From: an uncultured Planctomycetota bacterium
Lineage (GTDB): Bacteria > Planctomycetota > PUPC01
Reading direction: 5' to 3'
DNA length: 64,000 nt
NCBI GenBank assembly: GCA_964385685.1
Contig: CAYLQD010000002.1
Coordinates: 20,704 to 84,703, forward strand
Made by a program: the position numbers and the translations under genes. Below, in pieces: positions 45,743 through 54,934 of the stretch. The notes under the pieces were generated by a model. It did not search any database, had not been told where the DNA came from, and saw nothing but the letters and a program-made list of their open reading frames with translations. The first letter of the stretch is position 1; the number at the start of each line of letters is the position of its first letter.

Positions 45743-47677
45743 TCAGTCGTCTTCGCGCGCCGGCTTCGGGGCGTCCTTCGCGGCCTCGAGCGCCTTCAGG
45801 ACCGCTGCGTCGTCGGGGAACGAGTCGCGGAGCAGATCGCTCGCCGCCCTCCGCATATGCTCGTCCTTCGCGCTCTTGAGCTTGGCGAGGAGCATGTCAC
45901 GCGCGGCGGTGCCCGCGATGCCGGTCGGACTGCCGGCCCGGAGCTTCGGGTCGGTTTGCGCGATGCCGGTGAAGCGTAAGGTGCGGTAGGCGAAAATGGG
46001 CTTCGACGATTCCTGTGCTCCGGCGTCCCAGGCCTCCTGCATGGTCTTGGCCGCGGCCTTGAAGTCGCCCGCGGTCGCCTGGGCGCAGGCAAGCGTGTCC
46101 ATGCAGCCCGCGAGGAAATCGTCATCGGCGGGCAGCGTGTCGACCGCCTTCTGCGCCAGCTCGAGGCCGAGCTTCTTGTCACGGGCCTCCGGCCGCCACG
46201 CAGTTGCCAGCTTCCACGCGATGTTGTTGAACTCCATCGCATCGTCGATGGTGCCCGCGATCCGCCGGACCTCGTCCCGCTTGCCCTGCATCATCGCGAG
46301 CGCGAGGGCGGCGGCCTTGCTGCGGGGCATCTCCTCCACAAGCTGCTTGGCTATCTCGAGCGCCCGCTTCGGGTTGTGAATGGCGGGGTCCGGATTGGCG
46401 AACATCTGCCACGCGACGAACTTCCGCTCCCCGTAGCTGAGCGTGTCCATCGACTCGAGCAGCAGGATGCGTGTCACCCAGGCGAGGTCTTCGGGCCAGT
46501 AGTACGAAACGTAGTCGAGGGCCAGCACACTCGAGGCGTAGCCGATGCCGCGCCGCAGCAGCGCGAGCCGGTAGAAGAGCGGGAGCCGCTCTTTCCGTGG
46601 GAGCGCCTGGACGAACACGTGCATGGGCCCGGTCGGCTCGGTCCGCGGACCCCACCGCATCGCGAAGTCGACGAGGTCCTCGGTCAGCTCGGTCCGCTGA
46701 AGCATGCAGGCGAGAAGATACACCCGCCATCGCTGGTCGGAGTCTCCGACACGGAGGGCGCGGCGCAGGGCCGCGAAGTCGGGCCTCGTCTCGAGCATCA
46801 GGCGGTCGGTCTCGTCCATCGCATCGCCATCGCCCCCCTCGCCGCCCTCGCGCCCGATCAACGTGAGTGCCTTCATCCACCGGCGCAGGCGCTTCTCGTA
46901 GTCGTTCGCCGGGGCGTCGGGCTCGGGCGTGTACGTGATGCCGATCGGCGCCGCCGCGAGTTCGACCTGCTCAAGTTCCCATGCCTCCGCGTTCAATTCC
47001 TCCTCGTCGTGGTCGGGCGCCCGTTTGCCGCTGTAGAATCGGAGATGCGCCACGACCTTGGCCGGTGTTGCCGCGGGATCGCTGGGGTCGGCGTCCATCA
47101 GCACCGAGAAGCTCTCGCCCGGCTTGACTTCCCGGCCGAACGGCTTGCCCTTCCTCGCATACAACGGCCGTTCCGGCAGAACGTCTTCGTCTGCCTCAAA
47201 GGCCGGCCCTTTCGCGCCGGGCGGTCGGGCGACAAGTTCCCACCCGAACGGCAGCACGTAGACGGAGCGCTTGCTCGCGTTTCGCAGGGAGATCCAGAGC
47301 GTGACGACGTCGCCCTTGCGCGGGCTGCCGACCGCGAGCGCCGACAGCGTCACGCCCGACACCGGTTCGCCCGGTTTGCCCGCGATCTTCTGGAGCGCGG
47401 CCTGCGCCGCCCGGACAAGTCCCAGGTCCTGACCGTGCAGGACTTTCATCAGCGCGGGCAGCGCTTTGTCGCCGAGCCCCGCCAGCCGGCGCTCGGCCGA
47501 CGCGCGGACCGCGGGCTCATCGCTGTTGAGAAGCCGCAGAAGGCGGACGATGGATGAGCCACCGCGCGAGCCGCCCGGCCGGCCCCGCGGCCCGCTCCAC
47601 GCGGGCGCCGTCGCAGCACCGAAGACGAGAACGATGAGCAGCCCGAGCGTCAGCAACTTCGATGGCGAGCGTGACAT
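45743..47677 (-). CDS. Hypothetical secreted protein (HEAT/TPR-like helical repeats)
   Basis: Signal peptide 'LLTLGLLIVLVFGAATAPAWS'. 644 aa. No catalytic motif recognised. Confidence 0.45.
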   Translation of the reverse strand: MSRSPSKLLTLGLLIVLVFGAATAPAWSGPRGRPGGSRGGSSIVRLLRLLNSDEPAVRASAERRLAGLGDKALPALMKVLHGQDLGLVRAAQAALQKIAGKPGEPVSGVTLSALAVGSPRKGDVVTLWISLRNASKRSVYVLPFGWELVARPPGAKGPAFEADEDVLPERPLYARKGKPFGREVKPGESFSVLMDADPSDPAATPAKVVAHLRFYSGKRAPDHDEEELNAEAWELEQVELAAAPIGITYTPEPDAPANDYEKRLRRWMKALTLIGREGGEGGDGDAMDETDRLMLETRPDFAALRRALRVGDSDQRWRVYLLACMLQRTELTEDLVDFAMRWGPRTEPTGPMHVFVQALPRKERLPLFYRLALLRRGIGYASSVLALDYVSYYWPEDLAWVTRILLLESMDTLSYGERKFVAWQMFANPDPAIHNPKRALEIAKQLVEEMPRSKAAALALAMMQGKRDEVRRIAGTIDDAMEFNNIAWKLATAWRPEARDKKLGLELAQKAVDTLPADDDFLAGCMDTLACAQATAGDFKAAAKTMQEAWDAGAQESSKPIFAYRTLRFTGIAQTDPKLRAGSPTGIAGTAARDMLLAKLKSAKDEHMRRAASDLLRDSFPDDAAVLKALEAAKDAPKPAREDD

Positions 47678-47765
47678 CGGAATTCCCCCTGAGAATGGAA
47701 GCGTCCTGATCCCTTAAGAGTAGCCGCTTTGCGGGGCGCGGTCAATCAGAAATCGCGGCGGGATA

Positions 47766-48488
47766 TCAGGCGTCCGCGCCGGCGCCCGCAAGCAGATCGT
47801 CGAGATCGAGCAGCGCGTCGAGCGTGTCGATCACCGGCACCGAGGGCTCGCCCGCCGGCCAATGCCGTCGGAGCGCGCGATGCTTGAGCCAGACAGGCCG
47901 GATGCCGGCGCCCTGGGCGCCGACAACGTCGATCCGCCAATCATCGCCGACATGAACGGCCTCGGCGGGCAGAAGGCCAAGCCGCTCGAGGCAGAGCCGG
48001 AAAGGGGCCGAATCGGGTTTCGAGGGCACGCCGCCCTCCCCCGCAACGACGACCACATCGAAGAACTCGCGAAGCCGCGGCAAGCGATCGATCCCATGAT
48101 CCTCCGACACGCCCGGCCCCTGGCAGTTCGTGACAAGAGCGAGCTTGAACTGCTCCGCCAGCCGGCCAAGCACGCGGATCGTCTCCGGGAAGGGCCGCGT
48201 CGCGTCGCGGACCTGCCCCCAATACTCCCGCTCCCAGAGCCCGAGCGCCGCGGGGTCGGGCTCGCGCGCGTAACGGCTGTAGACGGCTTCCCACATCTCG
48301 GACCGGGAGAAGTTGGGCGCCCGCTCGTCAAACTGCGACCGGAGGGCGCGGTAGTCGGAGAGGAACGTCTCCCACGGTGCGCCGAGATCTTCGCAGATGC
48401 GGACCTCGGCCTGCTTCTCGGCCGCGCGAAACCCGGCGGACGAGTCGACGAGTGTCTGCGTGAAATCGAACAGAACCGCCTTGGTCAT
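47766..48488 (-). CDS. HAD-superfamily hydrolase (subfamily IA; possibly phosphonoacetaldehyde hydrolase PhnX-like)
   Basis: Motif I 'AVLFDFTQTLVD' (D-x-T, compare PhnX D-x-A-G-T-T), 'LVTN', 'KPDSAPF', 'GDDWRIDVVGAQGAG'. Confidence 0.6.
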   Translation of the reverse strand: MTKAVLFDFTQTLVDSSAGFRAAEKQAEVRICEDLGAPWETFLSDYRALRSQFDERAPNFSRSEMWEAVYSRYAREPDPAALGLWEREYWGQVRDATRPFPETIRVLGRLAEQFKLALVTNCQGPGVSEDHGIDRLPRLREFFDVVVVAGEGGVPSKPDSAPFRLCLERLGLLPAEAVHVGDDWRIDVVGAQGAGIRPVWLKHRALRRHWPAGEPSVPVIDTLDALLDLDDLLAGAGADA

Positions 48489-48503
48489 ACCGTGCGGAGG
48501 CGC

Positions 48504-49892
48504 CTAATCGCGGCCCCACTTCGCCAGATACTCGCCGAACAACTCCTCGTCGCTCGGAACGTGCTCCGGGATGGGGACCGACAGTCGCGTGTAGTTGAGG
48601 AACTGGCGCCAGTTGATGTTGTCGCTCGTCATGTTGCCCGCCCACGTGCCGCAGCCGAGGGTGTCCGTCGTCGGCTGGCCGTTGAACCAGCTTCCGCTGT
48701 TGGCGGCCGCGTGCGGCATGTTGCAGTTGACGCGGCCGACGTTAAGCCGCCGGGCGAGTTCGAGCTGGCGCTCGCGGATCTCGCTGTGGATCGAGGCCGA
48801 ATGCCCCTCGCCGGAGAACGCGAGGATCTTCTCCGTCCGGTCGACCATCTCATCGAAGTCGGTCCATTTCCACACGGTGAGCGTGAGGGATATTTTCTCG
48901 CCGGAGAAACGGTCTTCGGGGCCGATCTTCTCGCCGACGACCATGAGGAACCGCGTGCCCTCGGGGATGTCGATCTGCGCCTGCTCGGCGATGGTGGCGA
49001 CCGGCTTGGCGACGACGTCGCGGTTGAGCGCGTGCCCGTCGGGCCACATGTAGGTCCGCAGCCGCTCGCGTTCGTCGGCGCTGCAGAGGTGCCCGCCGAC
49101 GCCCCTGAGCGCCTCGAGCATCTCGTCGTAGACCGTGTCTTGGATCGCGACCGCGTTTTCCGACGAGCACGACGCGGAGTTGTTCGCCGTCTTCGACTTC
49201 ATGATCTTCTCGGCCGCGGCCCCCAGGTCGGCCGTGTCGTCGACGATCGAAACGACGTTGCCGGCTCCGACGGTGTGGGCCGGCTTGCCCGCCTCGTAGA
49301 CGACCTTGATGAGCGCGGCCCCGCCGGTGGCGACCGCGAAATCACAGACGCGCATCAACTCCTGCGTCTTCTCCTTGCTCGTCTCCTTGATGCACTGAAG
49401 CAGGTCCTCGGGCGCTCCGATCTTCTTCAGCGCCTTCCGGCCGTGCTCGACCGCGAGATACGAGCTACCCTGCGTCCGCGGGTGCGGCGAGACGATCATC
49501 GCGTTCCGCGTCTTCAGGATGTTGACGCCGAGCGCGCAGACGGTCGACTCGGGGTTCGTGCACGGGACGACGTTCGCGATGACGCCGATGGGCTTGGCGA
49601 ACTTCGTGATGCCCTTCTCCGGGACTTCCTCGACGATCCCGCACGTCTTCGCGCCCTTCATGTCGCGCAGGCTGCCGCGCGTCTTCGCCTGAATCTTCGC
49701 AACCTTGTCCTCGTAGACGCCGATGCCGGACTCGTCGACGGCGAGCCGCGCGAGCGCCTCCGCCGTCTCGGGCTTCTGCCACTCCCAGCCGACGGCCTGG
49801 ACCATCTCGTCGACCTTGTCCTGCGGCCAGAACTCGACCTCCTTGAACGCCTTCCGCGCGCGTTCGTACATCTCCTGGATGTTGTCAGTCAT
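48504..49892 (-). CDS. CoA-acylating aldehyde dehydrogenase (EutE/PduP/AdhE-N family, acetaldehyde dehydrogenase (acetylating))
   Basis: 'VPCTNPEST', 'KTRNAMIVSPHPR', 'ATGG', 'GKPAHTVGAGN', 'SCSSENA', 'LGCGTWAGN'. GGAGAAG RBS before ATG 49892. Confidence 0.75.
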   Translation of the reverse strand: MTDNIQEMYERARKAFKEVEFWPQDKVDEMVQAVGWEWQKPETAEALARLAVDESGIGVYEDKVAKIQAKTRGSLRDMKGAKTCGIVEEVPEKGITKFAKPIGVIANVVPCTNPESTVCALGVNILKTRNAMIVSPHPRTQGSSYLAVEHGRKALKKIGAPEDLLQCIKETSKEKTQELMRVCDFAVATGGAALIKVVYEAGKPAHTVGAGNVVSIVDDTADLGAAAEKIMKSKTANNSASCSSENAVAIQDTVYDEMLEALRGVGGHLCSADERERLRTYMWPDGHALNRDVVAKPVATIAEQAQIDIPEGTRFLMVVGEKIGPEDRFSGEKISLTLTVWKWTDFDEMVDRTEKILAFSGEGHSASIHSEIRERQLELARRLNVGRVNCNMPHAAANSGSWFNGQPTTDTLGCGTWAGNMTSDNINWRQFLNYTRLSVPIPEHVPSDEELFGEYLAKWGRD

Positions 49893-49894
49893 CG

Positions 49895-50920
49895 TCACTT
49901 CTTCTCCCGTTTCGTGCCTTCGTACTTCGCCTTCGGGGGCTTGACCTCTTCGACGATCGCCCAGCCGGTGCCGACCATCTTCTGGCGCTCGTCGAAGGCC
50001 TTCTTCCACTCCTCCGGCGTGTGGGCCTGGCCGGGGACGGCGTGCTGGTCCCGCTCGGCGAGCGGGGGCACCGGCCGGTCTTCGGGCCCGTCATACCATT
50101 CCTTCGGCGTGAGCGCCCGGCCCTGCCGGACAAAACCTTCGCGCTCGATCTCCTCGCAATAGTGGGCGCCGGCCGCGAACGCGCGGGAGATCGCGAGGAT
50201 CGCCCATGTCGCCTCGCCCGAGAACCCGAGATCGAGCATCACGGCGCCGGACGCGCCGAGCAGATCGATATCGACCGGCTCGGGACTCGCCGCCCCCGCG
50301 GCCTTGACGACCTCCTTCATGAAGGCGACGTGCTCGCCCGCCACGCCCAGCTTCTCGGCTCGCGCCATCATCCGCTTCGCGGCCGGATCCTTGAGCATCA
50401 GGTCCGAAACGCCGAGCGCCTCGTCGTCCTTCTTGTGCTCGACGACGAGCTTCGCGGCCTCCTCGAGCGACATCTCGCCCTCGTCGACCTTGTGCAGGTA
50501 CTCGTCCATGATCGTGCCGAACGCGCAGTAGGCGCCGAAGGCGTGGCCGAATGCGAGGATCGACGCGCCCGCTCCCTGCGTGAGGAGCGTCTTCGACTGC
50601 GCGACGAGCCGCGAGATCGCGGCCGGAGCCGACAGCCCGTCCTCCATGCCGAGGATCATCACGTAGTTGAGCATCTGATTCTCTTCTTCCGTGGGGATCC
50701 GCGCCTGGAAGTCGACGAAGATCACGTCCGCGAGCCCGTACCCCGCCTCGGCCAGTTCGGTCGTGTCGTAGCCGCGGGCCACGATCCGGTGCACGTTCTT
50801 GTAGGCCACTTCGGACAGCCAGCGGAACGGCTCCCGCCCGTCGTTGGTGTCACGCTCGACCGTTCCCCACTCGCGGTCGTGGTAGTCGTAGCGGAGCCGC
50901 GGATCGTCTAGATTACCCAT
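49895..50920 (-). CDS. Citrate synthase-family protein (short, citryl-CoA lyase-like), paralog 2
   Basis: 'ARGYDTTELAEAGYGLADVIFVDFQARIPT' citrate-synthase N-motif. AAGGAG RBS before ATG 50920. Confidence 0.5.
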   Translation of the reverse strand: MGNLDDPRLRYDYHDREWGTVERDTNDGREPFRWLSEVAYKNVHRIVARGYDTTELAEAGYGLADVIFVDFQARIPTEEENQMLNYVMILGMEDGLSAPAAISRLVAQSKTLLTQGAGASILAFGHAFGAYCAFGTIMDEYLHKVDEGEMSLEEAAKLVVEHKKDDEALGVSDLMLKDPAAKRMMARAEKLGVAGEHVAFMKEVVKAAGAASPEPVDIDLLGASGAVMLDLGFSGEATWAILAISRAFAAGAHYCEEIEREGFVRQGRALTPKEWYDGPEDRPVPPLAERDQHAVPGQAHTPEEWKKAFDERQKMVGTGWAIVEEVKPPKAKYEGTKREKK

Positions 50921-51804
50921 TGGAGGTATTCTCCTTCTTCCTTCTGTTTCCTGGCGTGCTCCTGACGCGCCTCGGCCGGAGGCACCTCGCGCTGATCCGG
51001 CCCGACGTACTTGATCATCGAGAGGTCGAGCATCTGGATCATCGGCTCGGCCTTCGACGCGGCCCACGCCCGCCCCTTCTTCATGTGGAACAGCGCGTGT
51101 GCGGCGCAACTGAACCCGCGGCAGACGCAGCCGATGCACCACGCGGCGTTCGGCGAAAAACCGAGGTCGGCGAGCGCCGTGTTGCCGGCGCCGATCATGT
51201 TGACGGCGACGTAGGAACGGCCCTCGCTCTCACGGCGGCCGTGGAAGTACTTCTCGACGGCCCGCTGGAACTGCAGGTACACGCCGCCGAGTCCCAGTTC
51301 CTCCTGCTTGAGGTGCGTCGGCTCCGCACGTGGATCGCCGTCGGTGTGCTGCGGCTGCCCCATGCCCATCACGGGCTGCTTCGCGTCGAGGTGCTCGTCG
51401 ACAAGAATCTTGCCCATCTCGTCGAGCGTCTTGCCCTCGACACGGGCGCGCTCGATGTGCTGATTCATCATGTACCCGTGCGCGGCGCCCGGGCCGTGGG
51501 CCCCGCCGAACGTCATGACCGACGCAGCGATGGCCGCCGGCAGGTTCGGCCGGCCGCTGATGACGGCGACGGCCGACGCGGCCGAGGGTGACATCGAGTG
51601 CTCCAGAAACTCACCCATCTCGTACTCGAGCATCTTGTGCTCGGGCGTCGTCGGAATCCGGCCCTGAAAGAGCACGAAGAGCGCGTCGCAGAACGAATAT
51701 CCCTCCTCGGCCAGCTCGCTCAGATCGTAGCCGCGGACGACGGTCTTGTCCTCCGTCTTGTACGAGATACTCGTCTTCCTCTTGATTGGCGGCTCTCTAT
51801 TCAC
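50908..51804 (-). CDS. Citrate synthase-family protein (short, citryl-CoA lyase-like), paralog 1
   Basis: 'VRGYDLSELAEEGYSFCDALFVLFQGRIPT', 'FGGAHGPGAAHG' (compare GPLHGGA), 'GMGQPQHTDGDPRA' (compare GFGHRVYK.DPRA). Confidence 0.55.
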   Translation of the reverse strand: MNREPPIKRKTSISYKTEDKTVVRGYDLSELAEEGYSFCDALFVLFQGRIPTTPEHKMLEYEMGEFLEHSMSPSAASAVAVISGRPNLPAAIAASVMTFGGAHGPGAAHGYMMNQHIERARVEGKTLDEMGKILVDEHLDAKQPVMGMGQPQHTDGDPRAEPTHLKQEELGLGGVYLQFQRAVEKYFHGRRESEGRSYVAVNMIGAGNTALADLGFSPNAAWCIGCVCRGFSCAAHALFHMKKGRAWAASKAEPMIQMLDLSMIKYVGPDQREVPPAEARQEHARKQKEEGEYLQWVI

Positions 51805-51849
51805 ACTTGCACCTCCGTTTCAGGCATCCACTGGGGCGGTCGAGACAGT

Positions 51850-52100
51850 CCATTCCTTGCCCCGAAGGGGCAAAAGCGGCAGCTTGGCTGCCGTCGCAGT
51901 TTGCCCAAGGCAAACTGCCAGGCGAGCGACGCTCGCCCATCAGCCCAGGGCGAAGCCCTGGGTAACAGAACACGTACCGATCAAGCCCTGAAGGGGCGTT
52001 AGAGGATTCCTATCGCCCCTTCAGGGCTTCCGAGCCTGCCTGACCCTTTCTCCCAGGGCTTCGCCCTGGGCTGATGAATTCGAGCCTTTCAGGCTCAGCA
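51850..52100. repeat. Hairpin-cluster repeat element (copy A): at least 8 consecutive GC-rich hairpins
   Basis: ttgccccGAAggggcaa, gcggcagcTTGgctgccg, gtttgccCAAggcaaac, gcgagcgACGctcgc, cccagggcGAAgccctggg, and a 16-bp IR aagccctgaaggggcg/cgccccttcagggctt. 51875-51945 is about 93% identical to the reverse complement of 62230-62300. Confidence 0.65.
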
Positions 52101-52144
52101 CGCCACTTTTTCAACGTGTCTGAGCGAGCGTGTAACCCAGCTCT

Positions 52145-53527
52145 TCACATCTTCACCGACAGGGCCGGGAAGCCCGAGTTGGACAGATGCTTCAGCGTCT
52201 TCGCGACGAAATCCACATGCTCGTCCGTCGGACGCCCGGACGCGAGGTCGAAACACTCGGTGTAGCTCTTGCCGATCGACGCGGTCGCGAGCCCATCTTC
52301 GTATTTCGGGAGCAGCGCGTTGGCGAGGTCGCTCGCCTCGGCCCGCGTCATGCCCGCGCTCGCGAGCGCCATGTCCGTCGTGACGCGCATCTCCATCGGC
52401 GTCACGTAGTCCGCCACGGTCGCCTTCGCCGGATGCGGCGTCTGAATCGACACGCCCGACGCGATCATCGCCGGAATGAACGCGGCGCTCTCGTAGTAGA
52501 ACGACTCCGTCATCGGGCCGCCGGCGTTGTAGGCGAGAGTGAGCGTCGGCATCGTCGTGTTTCGCGAGATCGCCTGCGAACTGGCGGCCGTCGCCCAGAT
52601 CACGTCGCGTGTGGTTGAGCAACTGGTGTTGACGTGCACCGGGAGCGAGAGGTAGTAGTTGCACTGATAGACGAGCATCCCGAAGAAGACGTAGGCCGTG
52701 TTGAGGATGGCGGTGCCTTCGGGGCCGCCGGCGTATCCGCCCAGCATCGGGGCGCTCGCCAGCACGACGTTGTATTCCGAACTCAGGCCCCAGACCGCCT
52801 TGGCCATCATCTCGCGGTTGGTCTTGAACTCGGCCAGTGAGCCGATGATGATGCAGTCGCTCGGCCGGAGCACAAACTGTGCGGCCGCGGCGGCAATGGT
52901 CGCCGTTGCGCTGCCGGCGGTCGCGATGCCGTTGATGATCGGCAGGCCAGGCCGGCCGGCGTCGCGGCACGCCGCGCGGGCAATCTTGAGCGACCGAATG
53001 GCTCCGAGAATCTCCGTCGGTTGCCCCGTGACAATCGCCCGCCCGTCGATCCTGTCGAGCGCGTTCACACTCATCGAATCGGCCGCCCGGATCAAGGCAT
53101 TCCCTCGGACGATCTTGTACGCGATCTCCTCGCTCGACGCGACGATGCCGGAGCCGACGTGGCACCACGGCCGCGCGCTGCTGTCGGGCTTACGCGAGCG
53201 GAAGATGCGGGCCTCCTTGCCCTCGCCGAAACGGCAGTCGCCGTTGTACGTCGCGACGGCTTCGAGCACCTCCTCGCGGGTGAAGCGGATGACGCTCTGT
53301 GTGTCCTGGAAGTACACACCGCACTCGACGAAGAAATCGACGGCCGCGTCGAAGACCTTGTCGGCGAGCGCGTCGTCCGACGGGACGGGCGTGTCGGGGT
53401 CGTAGCGGATGTCGTACTTCCCGACGAGCCGCTTCAGGGTCGCGTAGACGTTACCGAGGTCGAACGTTTCGACCGGCAGCTCCGGGCCCTTCTGCGCCCG
53501 GTCGCATACCTCAAGAAGACTGATCAT
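52145..53527 (-). CDS. MtmB-family (monomethylamine methyltransferase-like) protein, no in-frame UAG, paralog 1
   Basis: 'FVECGVYFQDTQSVIRFTREEVLEAV' (compare MtmB LVECGVYCTDTERVCKFTEEEIWDAI), 'GRPGLPI', 'PMLGGYAGG', 'IGKSYTECFDL'. 460 aa, uninterrupted. Confidence 0.7.
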   Translation of the reverse strand: MISLLEVCDRAQKGPELPVETFDLGNVYATLKRLVGKYDIRYDPDTPVPSDDALADKVFDAAVDFFVECGVYFQDTQSVIRFTREEVLEAVATYNGDCRFGEGKEARIFRSRKPDSSARPWCHVGSGIVASSEEIAYKIVRGNALIRAADSMSVNALDRIDGRAIVTGQPTEILGAIRSLKIARAACRDAGRPGLPIINGIATAGSATATIAAAAAQFVLRPSDCIIIGSLAEFKTNREMMAKAVWGLSSEYNVVLASAPMLGGYAGGPEGTAILNTAYVFFGMLVYQCNYYLSLPVHVNTSCSTTRDVIWATAASSQAISRNTTMPTLTLAYNAGGPMTESFYYESAAFIPAMIASGVSIQTPHPAKATVADYVTPMEMRVTTDMALASAGMTRAEASDLANALLPKYEDGLATASIGKSYTECFDLASGRPTDEHVDFVAKTLKHLSNSGFPALSVKM

Positions 53528-53536
53528 TGCGGCCCC

Positions 53537-54913
53537 TCACTGGTGCTTCAGTGCGAAACCCATCGAGCGGAGTTCTCCCATTGCCTCGCCGTAGAGGTCA
53601 ACGTATTCCTGGCACGGCCGCCCGGTGACGACGTCGTGGCAGTCATGGTACTTCTTCCCGATGGGGGCGTCGTCGATCGTGTCCTCGTACATCGTCAGGA
53701 GCTTCTTCACGATCCCGTTGGCGTCCTCGCGTTTCATCCCGACCGTCGCTTCGGTGATCTCGACCGAACCGCGCATTTCCATCGGGGTGATGTAGTCGTT
53801 GAGGACGGCCTTTGCCGGGTGCGTGGTCTGGACGGACAGCCCCGACGGTATCGCGGTCGCGATGTAGGCGGCGCTCTCATAGAAGAACTGCTTGGTCATC
53901 GGCCCCGCAGAGATGTAGCCCAGCGACCAAACGAGTTCCTTCGTGTTGCGGCTGATGGCCTGCGAACTCACGGCCGTGCACCAGAGGACGTCGCGCATCG
54001 TGGAGCAGCCCCGACTGATGTGCACGGGGAATGTCAGATGATAGTCGCAGTTGAGCAGCACAAGCCCGACCAGCCGGTACGCGACGTTCACCACGGCCGT
54101 GCCCGCAGGGCCGCCGGCATAGCCACCGACGAGCGGGCCCGACTCGTTGCCGATGTTGGCGCCCCAGCTCTGGAGATACGTCGCTTTGTTGAGCGTGCCC
54201 ATGTCGAACTTCATCTCGGCCATCGCACCGACGAGCCAGCCGTCGGATGGGCGAAGCCCGAACTGCGGACCACTGGCCGCAATCGCCGCCATCGACGTTC
54301 CCGCGGTCGAGATGAGGTTGCCGATGGCCAATCCCGGCCGGCCGGCGTGTTGAAGCGCATCACGGGCCACCTCGATTCCGCGGATCGCACCCATGATCTC
54401 CGTCGGCATGCCGGACGTGACCATGTAGCCGTGGACGGTCTCCAGCGCGGGCACGCTGATGGAGTTCGCCTGCCTGATGCCGGCATAGTCTCGAACCAGG
54501 TTGAAGGCAATCCGTTCTTCCGTGTTGACGATGCCGCTGCCAACGTGGTACCACGGCCGCGTGTCGCTGTCGGGCAAGCGGGGCGTCCACTCGAAGCGAT
54601 CTTTCCCTTCCCCCATGATGCAGCGGCCGCGAGCGTTCGCGACCGCGTGGAGAATCTCTTCGCGCGTGAACTTGATGATCCTGTGGGTATCGGTGCAGTA
54701 GACGCCGACGGCGGCAAGAAAGTCGACGGCCGCCTGATACGTGCGGTCGGCGAGGTCGTCGTCGGCCGGGACCGGCGTCTCGGGGTCGTACACGATGCCG
54801 TATTTCTCGCGCAGGTTTCGCGCGTTCGCGTAGACGACATCGAGGTCGAACTCATCCGACGTCATGGCCGGGCCGTCCTGCGCCCGCCGGCAGATTTCGG
54901 GCATTCCGATCAT
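53537..54913 (-). CDS. MtmB-family methyltransferase-like protein, paralog 2
   Basis: 'AVGVYCTDTHRIIKFTREEILHAV', 'GRPGLAI', 'PLVGGYAGG', 'IGKKYHDCHDV'. 458 aa, uninterrupted. Confidence 0.7.
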   Translation of the reverse strand: MIGMPEICRRAQDGPAMTSDEFDLDVVYANARNLREKYGIVYDPETPVPADDDLADRTYQAAVDFLAAVGVYCTDTHRIIKFTREEILHAVANARGRCIMGEGKDRFEWTPRLPDSDTRPWYHVGSGIVNTEERIAFNLVRDYAGIRQANSISVPALETVHGYMVTSGMPTEIMGAIRGIEVARDALQHAGRPGLAIGNLISTAGTSMAAIAASGPQFGLRPSDGWLVGAMAEMKFDMGTLNKATYLQSWGANIGNESGPLVGGYAGGPAGTAVVNVAYRLVGLVLLNCDYHLTFPVHISRGCSTMRDVLWCTAVSSQAISRNTKELVWSLGYISAGPMTKQFFYESAAYIATAIPSGLSVQTTHPAKAVLNDYITPMEMRGSVEITEATVGMKREDANGIVKKLLTMYEDTIDDAPIGKKYHDCHDVVTGRPCQEYVDLYGEAMGELRSMGFALKHQ

Positions 54914-54934
54914 GCTGAGCGTCTCCAGACAGAG

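Noticed and set aside
47862-50162. 766-aa plus-strand ORF
   Set aside because: It is antisense to the HAD, ALDH and citrate-synthase-like genes, with no motifs.
52145-54913. Possibility of pyrrolysine (in-frame UAG) in the MtmB-like genes
   Set aside because: Both reading frames are uninterrupted from start to stop. No amber codon is present, so these are non-Pyl homologs.
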